From contig NC_087447.1 in assembly GCF_036321535.1 (NCBI RefSeq), positions 50,532,001-50,596,000 on the forward strand: a stretch of DNA of 64,000 bases, read 5' to 3'. Both the position numbers and the translations under genes were made by a program. Every line of letters starts with the position of its first letter. The stretch's first letter is position 1. Under the pieces are notes generated by a model. It had not been told where the DNA came from. It worked only from the letters and a program-made list of their open reading frames with translations, and made no database searches. Shown piece after piece: positions 49,218 to 59,700 of this stretch. The stretch is from Camelus dromedarius (taxonomy: Eukaryota).

Positions 49218-50393
49218 TGTCCGGGACACTCCCCTTTCCTTTCTCCGCGCATTTGCCGCTTTTCTTCTCGGTCTGTTCCGGGAGTGGATGCTCTAGCCCC
49301 AGGCTTGGGCGGGGGCGGGGGGGGGACAGGGGTGGGGTAGGGGTGGGGTGGGGGCGGGGTGGGGGGAACAGTCCCTCAAGGAGAGAGCAAAGGGCAAACT
49401 CGGAGAAGCAGAAGTCTGAATGAGCAGTGACTTTCAGCAGTCACCAAAGGCTCCATTGCCTTTACATCTCCCCCGCTGATGAAATACCTTCCACTCTTTG
49501 GGTTTTACAGACTTTTAAAACTAACGTTTACTCTGGTGGGATTTTTTTTTTTCAAGAATAGTCAGTGCTTATATATTGACTTATTTTATTCTCAGTATAC
49601 AAAAAGATGTTTGACAGTTGAGAAAACTAAGGCTCAAAGAGGTTAAATAATTTGCTCAAGGTCACACAGTAGGTAAGTGACAAGATTCTAGATTTTAAAA
49701 GGAAGTCTGATTCTGGAGCCCAGAAATAAACTAAGTGCGTATGTAAAAGTAGAATGCTAACCTTACAGAATCAGAAACAGAGAATCCTAAAGTGTCAGCT
49801 TCCTTGGCTCTTTCCTTACAGAAGCCAAGATGGGTCTGAGGGGGACTTTGGAAGGGATCCTGGGTGCTGCAGACCATTGGTACAGCTGCTTTGTTCTGGG
49901 CTCCAGCCCAATCCACCAGTGATGTCTGGACAGGGTCACTCAGGAGCAGCTTCTAGTTAATGTCACTTGCTTGTTCTTCTGTCCAAGGGCAGTTACTTGG
50001 GCTGGAGCACCTCAGAGAAGGGCCTGTGGGCCTATATTTGCATTCTTCTCCTTCTTGGATCACCTGCTCCAGGCCGCCTAGTCAAGTGGGCATGCGTTTG
50101 AACCTAGGTGCTCTGACCTTCCTGTCCAGACCTCCTCCCTGCCCTTCACGGGGCCCTGCTCAGCATAGGGTAAACCCAAGAACATCGGGTGGATGTTCCT
50201 GGTGGATGAGGGCACAGCAGAGTCCCCGACCAAGTCTGTGGCCTTTTAATGGGGACCTCAGAGATTTAACTAAAAATATTTGATGATGTAGGGACACCCA
50301 GGCACAAAGGTAGGTCAGCAGAGAAAATATTTTGCCTTTCAAATCAGGGTAGCGAGGAAATTTGGGAGCATGTTGCATCCCAATCACTCCTGC

Positions 50394-50924
50394 TGTTAGA
50401 TAGTTAAATAAGGGTCACCGGGGCAGATAGGTGGAGGAGAAGGAGGATGGTCCGGAAGATGATGTTATGCCCACCCCATAAAGGGACTTTACTTCTAAAT
50501 GAGTGCAAGAAAGAAAAAAAAAACTGGTTAAAACCTGACAGCCAAAGCCGTGCGGTAGCAGAAAGGACCTAACCAGACACAACCAATGTTCATTGTATTC
50601 TAATTAACATTGCGGTTTAGTTCCCCGCTCATGGGTTTTTCTGTATACACCGTGAGCAAGGGGCCAAACATAACTAAGCATTCCAGGGACAAGAGCCCTC
50701 AATAATCAAAAGACCACCTCTAAGTGAGGGAATAAGAGAAAGGGGAGACAAAACCCGCTGCTTTTTTCCTCCCTTGGATTAGCCTGCCCCCCATTCTTGG
50801 GGGTCTACTTTTCCTTTCTTTTTAAATAAATCTTTTAAAATCCCTACACAACTCACCTTCTCCTGACTGCAAACTTGTCTTTCAGGTATGACAAGAACTG
50901 AGGTCTTTACCTTTTGGGGAAACA
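50394..50924 (+). mobile_element. Solo LTR, ERV1-type, perfect 4-bp TSD
   Basis: TGTTAG...AAACA ends, internal AATAAA near 50825, flanked by CTGC at 50390-50393 and 50925-50928. Confidence 0.8.
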
Positions 50925-51698
50925 CTGCTACCTTCTAGTTGCACCACCCCAGCAGAGGCATGTACCCTCTGAGTGCCAGTTCCCTCATGGGAAAGTGGGG
51001 ACGTTAACATGATTTACAACACATTAATGCCGCACTCAGAGCCCCCATCACATGGCCTGGCACACGGAGGGGCTCAGGTAGTGTCAGCTCCTCTCTCCAC
51101 ACCCCAGGGCTGAGGTTCAGGGTAAATCTCCCAGGACAGGGCCCCATGTGGGTTTTGACTGGTGCCAGGCTAGGAACTTAAATCCTGTGCTTCTCTCCCA
51201 TTAGTCTGATCTGGATCTGAGTGAGAACTGGGTCATTATCTCATTGACCACTTGGCCAGGGGTGCTGATAAAACAAATTAATGTAAAGTGTAGGCAGAAA
51301 TTATGAAGGAAAAGGGACTAAGAGTAAGAATAAAATGAGTAATGCCTATCTGCCACCTGAACAGCATGTAATGTTTCAAAGCAATCGTGTGTCCATGATA
51401 TGTTTTGACCTTGACAAAAGCCTGTGAGGAGCTAGGATGGCATTGTTAGCTCCCTTTACAGACAACAAAACCAAGGGTCAGAGAGGAGGTACGTGGTTTT
51501 TCCAGGGCCATCTATCCAGTGACAGGAGAGTAAATGGTCCTGTTCTCCTAGCCTTGTGAGAATGAGAAAATGGAAAGACAGAGGGAAGAAGGAAATGGCA
51601 TGGGAGCACAAAATCCCCTATGTCTACCTCACAAATTGCCCTTAGTAATCAAAGAAATACAAATTCAGACACTGTAGAGATCCCATGTGCACGGTTTT

Positions 51699-52157
51699 TG
51701 AAACCGAGCAGGACCCTATGGGGACTTCCTGGGACAGACCCCTCCCCATATACTCTGCTGTAGCTCCTTGCTGAAGTACTCAGATAATAGTATCTCATGC
51801 ATATGTCCTGAGTTTTTCAGATGCTAGAAACCACCACCAAATGGAAGAAATTAACTACTTGGTGATCAAGAGCACGCAGCCCCCAGAACCTCTGGCGCCT
51901 AAAGATGGATCACCATCAATCACTCAGAACTGTGCACAGCTGATCACGTGCCCTGGAATGCCCCTCCCTCTCCTTGCCTTTAAAATTGCTCAGCCAAAAC
52001 CCCTCAGGAAGTTTGGGGCTTTTGGGGCATGAGCCACCCCTACTCCTTGCTTGGCCCAGCTTTAAACCTTTCTCTCCTCCAAACTCCAACATTTCAATAT
52101 TTTTCTGGCCTCACTGTGTTTGGGGCACACGAACTTGTAAACTTGGGTTGGGTAACA
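51699..52157 (+). mobile_element. Solo LTR, ERV1-type (family A, copy 1), inserted into an old L1
   Basis: TGAAACC...GGTAACA ends with a TTTT/TTTT TSD. Homologous end to end with 56341-56792. L1M-like text lies on both flanks. Confidence 0.85.
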
Positions 52158-52499
52158 TTTTGTTTTATTTCCAGGAGGAGGTCCCTCCTGGGAATAAGGA
52201 GGTGGCAGGGAAGTAGGTTGTCTCATGCCCGGTTCCAGGAAGCTTTGCTGAAGAGCAGTGTGGCAATATGTACCCGATGCCCTAAAAATTGCCACAGGAA
52301 TTCCACTTCTAAAATGCTCTTCTTAGGAAACAATCATGAAGAACTAAAAAATTTAGCTACAAGGATACCCATCACCTATTGGTAATGGGAAAATATTGAA
52401 AATACTCTAAAGATTCATCAATAGGGTGGCTGTTTAAGTAACTTATGAATAAGTGAGTCTAAGACTAGAATATTGGCCGCCCATTAAAATTAAGCTGCA

Positions 52500-53813
52500 C
52501 GTAGGCAAAACCAGAACAAACAAAAATAACCCTTAATGCAAAGTTCACACTTTATACGAATTAACTCAAAATGGATCAGAGACCTACATGTAAAACATAA
52601 ACTTACACAAGTTTCAAGGGAAAAAAAGAAAATCTTCAAGACCAAGGGCTAGGCAGAAAGATTTTTAGACTTGATATCAAAAGCACAATCCATAATGAAA
52701 AAAATGGATAATTTAGACCTCATCAGTATCTTAATTTTTGCTCCATGAAAGACCCATGAAGAGGAGGAAAAGACAAGATACCAACTGAGAAAATAGTTGG
52801 AAACCACACATATGACAAACGCCTTATCTCGAAAATATATAAAGAACTCTCAAATCTCAACAGAACAACAAATACCCCAAGGATAAAATGGGTAAAAAAA
52901 AAAAAAAAAAACCAAGAACAGACATTGCATTGAAGAAGATATACAGATGGCAAATAAACATGTGAAGAGATGTTCAATTTCACTGGCCATCAGTAAAATG
53001 CAAATTAAAACCACAACGAGACCACCACACACGTATCAGAATGGCTTAGACGAAAAACAGTGACAACGCCAAATACTGATGAGGATGTGGAAAACTGGAT
53101 CACTTGTGCATGGCTGGTGGGAGTGCAAAAGGGAACGGTCATTCTGGAAAATAGTTTGACAGTTTGTTATAAAACTAAACAATGCACCCACCATATGCCC
53201 AAATATTCTTCAACAGGTGAATAGTTAAACAGACAGTGGTAGATCCACACCAGGGGATACTACACAGCAGTAGAAATAAACGAACTATTGATACATGCAA
53301 CACCTTGGATGGATTTCAAGAGAATTATGCTGAGTTACAAATGGCAAACCCAAAGGTTGCATGCAGTATGCCTCACTTATATAATATTCCTGAAGTAATA
53401 AAATTATGGAGATGGAGTACAGATGAGCAGTTGTCAGGGATTAGGAGTAGGGAGAGGAGAGTCAGTGTGGTTATAAAGGGGTAGCAGGAGGGAGACTTTT
53501 GGTAATGGAACAGTTATGTATTTTTTTCTGTTGGTGGTTATGTGAGTCTATACCAGTGACGACATTGCATAGAACTACATAAACACACACGCACATGTAC
53601 ATATACACAGAAGTGAGTACATGAGGCAGTGGCAAAATCTGAGTACTCGGTAGATGAAGCCAATGCCCATTTCTTTGTTGTGATATTGTACTATAGTTAC
53701 GCAAAGTGTAGCCATTGGAGGAAACTGGGTGAAAGATACACTGGGCCTCCCTGTGCCTCTCTTTTGCAACTTCCTGTGAATCTATAATTATTTCAAAATA
53801 AAAATGTTGTATG
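52500..53813 (+). mobile_element. L1MC/MD-like 3' portion (ORF2 remnant plus 3'UTR), internally deleted
   Basis: Contains ttaactcaaaatggatcagagacct, cagatggcaaataaacatgtgaagagatgttcaa...atgcaaattaaaaccacaa and ttgcaacttcctgtgaatctataattatttcaaaataaaaa. Flanked by AAGCTGCA at 52492-52499 and 53814-53821 (possible TSD). Confidence 0.85.
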
Positions 53814-54145
53814 AAGCTGCAAACCCCCCCCCGGGGGGGGGGCCTGGGAAGTGGCCTGAGGGCACCCTCTAGGGGGCTGGTAATACTCTGTTCTGTTGAT
53901 CTGCGTGCTGGTTATGCAGATGAGTTTGCCTTGTGAAAATTCAATTCATTTATAGTACGTGTGCTTTTCTGTATCTATATTATATTTCAATACAAAGTTT
54001 TTTAAAGTTAAACCTGCAAAAGATTATTTAAGGATGTGAGAATATGTTCACTTATATGTAGATAACTTAAGTAGAAATAAAAGCAGAGTACAAAATAGTA
54101 TATATTATTTGTTACATTATCTGGTTTACAAATTATATGAATGTA

Positions 54146-54660
54146 TGTTACTGAGTCCAAATTCATTCCACTAGTCTCATGACAGGCCAATAAATTGGGA
54201 GATGAGGTGTTGGGGCAAGGAATAACAACTTTATTTGGAAAGCCAGCAGACTGAGAAGATGGGGGACTAATATCCTAGAGAATTGTCTTACCCGAGTCAG
54301 AATTCAGGCTCATTTTATCCCAAAAAGGGGATGGGGTGTGGTTGGTTGTTACAAGATTCTTGGTGTCAGAATCCTTCATTCTTGCAGCTGTCCATGTAGG
54401 TTAGGTCATGATGTTCCTGTAAACCTCCAACAAAACAAATATTATTCTCTGTTCTGGAACTTTTTATCTCTGTGTGAATGGAAAAGTGTTCTACCCTTAA
54501 AGGCCAGAGCCTTGAGAATGGGCTAGCCTGTATACTTCAGGCTTTAGGCAACATTCTTTTATAAAAGATACAGAACCACTGTGACTAAGCACAGAAAACA
54601 GAGCACAGGGTTAGAGCCAACAGATCTAGTATGGAGTCAGATTGCTTCTTCCCTGTTCCA
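54146..54660 (-). mobile_element. Solo LTR, ERV1-type (MER41-like cetartiodactyl family), nested in an L1M 3' end
   Basis: TGTTACTGAGTCCAA...gacaggccaataaattgggagatgaggtgttggggcaaggaata...ctttatttggaaagccagcagac...TGTTCCA. Near-TSD TGTA/TGTG. L1 3' sequence resumes after 54660. Confidence 0.75.
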
Positions 54661-56340
54661 TGTGTACATGCATAGACAAGTGACTGAAGGAAGATATGCC
54701 CAAATATTGACACTAGCTACCTCTGGGTGGTGACATAATGGCTAACTCTAAATTTTCTTCTTTGGTATTATCCATACTTGCTATATAAATATGTATTACT
54801 TTTGAAAAAACACACACACACAAGTTGTTTTATATGCTCATCTTTGATATTTGCATGGAATTTCCTACTTACAAGTATTTTTTAAATAACCGTCTTCTTA
54901 GAAAGATCAGCAGGACAGAGATCACTATTCCAATTGTTAAGATCAGGCAGTTGTAGTCCAGGGAGGAGGAGAGGCTGATCCAAAGTCTCACCACATTTAC
55001 AAATCTGAGCGAAGACTAGGGCTCAGGTCTGCCAGCTCGGACCCTGAGCTTTCACCATCACTATCCTGCTAACATGGGCGAAAGGCCACGCTGGGCACGA
55101 AGGGAACTTCCAGTCAGAGCTCTCCAAGTTGGACCTCACATGTCACTCAGTCCAATGCTACCATCCTCTACATCAAGCCCCCATTGACCTCCTGGTCCCT
55201 ACTTGTATACCTCCAGTGATGGGGAGCTGCTTCCATTCTAGAGCCGCCCTCAATGCTCAGTAAATCACCCAGCATTTCCGCTGACCCCAAATCTATACCC
55301 AATCCTCTGCTTTCCTTCATCCACCTTAATCCTGCCTTTGGGCTACACAAACAAGTATGATGCCCCTTTCCTTGGGGCAGTCCTGTAGAATTTGGGAGAC
55401 AACAATCTGTCCCTGTCCTTCGTTCCTAAGGATAGGACTCCAAGCTTCTAAATTTTCTCTATCCAGACCCGGAGGCCCAGAGAAACTGAGTGACTTACCT
55501 AAGGTCACATAGTAATTTCAAAAGATGATTATTGAGTGTTTGCCATGGTACAGCATTTTGTCAACTCTGCTGACATGGCTGGAGCTATCTGGACACTGGG
55601 GGACCACCTGGGATTCCCCTTTCAGGGGTAGGGTGTGGAAAGGAGACATAGGAAATATCAGTGCCAAACCTACTCTGGGGTCCTCTGAGAGCCGTCATCA
55701 CCCTTTCCCCACAAACACACAGGGGAGTCACTGCCCAGAATGACTTCCAGGCCTCTAAAATCCCTCAGCTCTCACCAGGAATCCCAGCTCTGCTATTGCA
55801 GCCCTGAGGGAATGAGTCAGGTGGGAGGAGCTGAAGAAGAGAAGGGGACAAAGGAAAGAAACAGTTCCTGGTCTCCCACAAGGGTTTCTGAAGTGACCTT
55901 GAGCACGTCGCTTCTCTTCTCGGGATCTCCACTTCCTCACTTGCCAGCCAGGGTGTGGGCCTCCTCCCTAAACCACATCAGGGCTGCTGTGGGGATCCAG
56001 TAGGATCTGGGATAAGGAAGGGCTTAGAAAAATCGGGACCTGGGGTAGCAGAGGTGATACAGGAGCTCTTCCTGTTTAAAGTGGTCTGAAACCCTCCTTT
56101 TTCTCTTCTCATCCATTCATTCCTTCAGACCTCCTGTCTTGGACAGTCCCTAGCACAGCCACTAGTGACTAAGAGACAGAAAGCCAGGGTGCCACCCTCA
56201 GAAGAGTCCATGGTGGCAGGAGGGGGTGGGCAAGAGGGTCAGAATATAAATGAGTAAACTAACAATTGCAAATGGTAAAGAGAAGCTCAGGGCACTGTGG
56301 GAGAATCCGGGGACAGTCATCTCAGTCTGCGAGATGCTAA

Positions 56341-56792
56341 TGTAACCAAGCAGGACCCCATGGGGCCTTCCTGGGACAGACCCCTTCCCTATGTCCCCTG
56401 CTGTAGCTCCTCTCTGAAGTACCCAGATAATAGTGTCTTATGCATATCTCCTGAGTTTTTCAGATGCTAAAAAAAAAACACCAAATGGAAGAAATTAACT
56501 ACTTGATGATCATGAGCACGTAGCCCCCAGACCCTCTGGCACCCAAGGATGGATCACCATCAATCACTCAGAATTGTGCACAGCTGATTACATGTCCTGA
56601 GATGCCCCTCCCTCTCCTTGCCTTTAAAAGTGCTCAGCTGAAACCCTTGGGGAAGTTTGCGGTTTTTTGGGCATGAGCCACCCCTATTCCTTGCTTGGTC
56701 TGGCTTTAAACCTTTCTCTACTCCAAACTCCAACATTCGGTATTTTTTTGGCCTCACTGTGCGTCTGGCACATGAACTTGAGTTCAGTAACA
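56341..56792 (+). mobile_element. Solo LTR, ERV1-type (family A, copy 2)
   Basis: TGTAACC...AGTAACA ends with a near-TSD CTAA/CAAA. Homologous to 51699-52157. Confidence 0.85.
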
Positions 56793-59700
56793 CAAAGAAG
56801 GAGGGAGTGACCTTAGGCCAGGATTTGAAGAGGGAGCGAGAGTTTGCCCTGGTGGACTAGATAGGGAAGAGCAGGGCCGCCTTATGAAGCAAAGGCAAGG
56901 ATGTGAGAAAGGGCCTCCCTGTCGTGGTCCAAGAAGAGCTTTCTAAAGGGCTGTGCAGAGACCGAAAAGCCTCCCTGGGAAGGAAGGTCATGGGAAGGAG
57001 CGGACTCTGTTTGGAATACTCTGGGGAGATAACATTAAATGCAGAACAGAAAGGCTGGAATAAAGGGCCTTTCAAGTCTTTCAAGTCTGAGATTCAGAGT
57101 TGACCCTGATTAGAAGGAAAACTTAAGGTTATTTTTCCTCTGCACCCAAGAGGCAGAGTCACATCTCAGGATTAAAGAAGGGTCTCAGGCCAAAGTTACA
57201 GAATTACCAAACTCACAAGCGGGATTTGTAAGCTCCTGCAGGCGACCTCAAACAAGCACAGCCTCTCCTGCCCTGAGTGCCTTCGTCTTCCCAGAATCAA
57301 GTTTTAGCTTCCCATTCTGAGCATCTCCAGGGAGGGACTGAGCCCCACTCCTCCTGCTGGAGTGAGGACTTGGGAAAGAACATATGGGCTGGGGAGGGAC
57401 CCGGGAAGGGTGCCAGCCAGCGGCCAAGGGCTGAGCTCCCAGTAGCAGAGCCAGCCCAGCCAGTGCCCTGACTGACCCCCGAGGACTCCCAACAGACACC
57501 CCAGAGATTCAGAAGTCCTTTCTCGTTCTGATGCCCAGTCACCAACTTCTCCCCTATTTCCCAGAGGCCAGCTTCCTTAAAACACAGGAACAGTCATCCC
57601 CATTAAACACAGTTCTCCTCCTCTGCCAAGACTGGGAGATTTGACTTCAATCTTTGCCCCTAAGGACAGTTGATGAGTAAACTGAATATCATCCTGGTTC
57701 CAAGATGATTCAGAATGGAGAGGAGGAGGAATTAAGGAGGTTCTCTGGGAAGCCAGGCCTTTGTAATGGTCCAGAGAGAACGGATAAGGTCTGAGCTAGG
57801 ACTGAGGGCCCGGAGAAGGACAGACAACTGGGTGACGGTATGTGGATGCAGGAATGAGAGAGAGGGAGTGGTCAGGGTTGACTCCAGAGCTCTGGCTTGG
57901 CTGACAAGCTGGGTGGAAATACAGAAGGATGAACCAGGGGAGAGTTAAAAAGAAACGCCCATCATCTCTTCCAGAAATTCACCTTTTGCACAGTAGGAAA
58001 CACACTGTAAATAAGTCAGATGTCAGTAGAGAGTAAGTTAAATAAACTGTTACATCCATACTAGGCAACAGTATGAAATATGAGATGTGAGGAAATAGTC
58101 ACCATAATTTATGCTTTGGAAGGGGGTCATAAAAATTAGAATAATACTATTTTTGTAAAAATAGATGTATGCGTCTATATTTGATTTTTTTAAAACTGAA
58201 ACAATACACATCAAAATGTTAAAAGTGATTATCTCTTGATGATGAATCACTGGGGGTTTTTCACTGTCTTTGTGTATGTTCCTCATTCCTTCGTAAAGAA
58301 CAACAACAGATGTTACTTATCCATGTCCTCTGCTATGCAGATGTGGAGTCTGGACGGACAGTCCCTTACAGCAACACCAAAGGCTCCGAAGGTCTTCTGC
58401 CTCCGTGTGTGCTCCCCACCCTGGGGGTTCTGCCACGTGGGGAAGCAGCCCCGTGGGCCCCGGCAGCAGCCAAGTGTCTGTTTCTCTGGATTCTGAGTGG
58501 CACAGTTCCTCTTGATTCTTAGACCCTGGTCCAAGTGGGACAGAGACCATGAGTGAATTGCATCAGAATCTCTGGCTTAGGAGTGTCCCAGGGTCTCCTT
58601 TCAAGTGGGGTGAGGAGAAGGACAAAGGTAAGATGCTGCCAAGCTGGCCCAGGAACACAGGACCAATGCTGAAGAAAAAACATGTTCAATGAATTAATGA
58701 AGGGGTGAGATCAACTTTGTGAATCTTTTGGATATGTTGGGAATTCTTTTTTCAAAAAATGAGTGAATTAAACATAATTATAAAGAAATTAATTCACCAA
58801 ATACTAGACACTGTGTATCAGCTGCCCTAGATTAGTAAAGCTCAGTCCTAGTAAAATCCAAAGGGTGAGAGACACCACTGACCCCTCGAGAGCCCCCTAA
58901 GTTCTGGAGCGAGAGGTCCTATTCTTCCCTCACGGCAGGGCCCAGTCCATGGTGGGCCAGGTTACATTCCACTGAGTCCAGAGAAGGGGAGAGAACCAGC
59001 GGTCTCACTAGCTGTGTCTTGTCACCCGCACCCCACCCTTCCCCAGCCCTGCTCACTGATCACTCACTATTCCCTCCAGAAGTTCTGCACACACAGGATG
59101 TCTTTGGACCCTTGACTGAAATTGGCAGAAAGCCCCTGACCTTTTCCTAGTGAGAGAATTATTCATGTTCTCTGATTCCAGAATGACAGCCCATTTTCTT
59201 TTCTTCCTTTCTTGAAAACCTATTCACAGAGGAGCATCTGGGGGATTTCAAAGTTGGTGATGACCTTGACAGCTTCTCTGCCTGGGGTGCCCTCGTTCAG
59301 TGGTATTTCTGGGGCTCATGTGAGCCTCCCAAAAAGCTCCACGATTTCTAGCCCAGTTCCCACCTAATCACTCTGAAATCTTCTGAGCAGACGTGGTTGC
59401 CGTTTCCTGGCAATTACTCTTCATCCTGCCTTCCTCTGTCCTGCTCCACTGTTATTTCTGCACCCTGGCATTGGCAGAGGTTTAGAATCACACACTGAGC
59501 CACACACTCACGAGGGTCAGAGCTGGCATGGTCCTGGGAGGGCACTGTGTCCAGTCCCCTCATGTGAGAATTCATTTCGGTTCTTTGCATCCATCATTAC
59601 CGACCTGCTCCTCTGTGCCTGGCTCAGGCCCAGGCTCTGGGGGCTTGGAGCTGGCACTCCTCGGTCTCTCCAGCAGCCCTTGAAGAGTTTGCTCACAGTT

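Noticed and set aside
51699..56792. Full-length provirus bounded by two LTRs
   Set aside because: No gag/pol/env remnants, primer-binding site or polypurine tract. Each LTR has its own TSD, and the interior is host repeat DNA.
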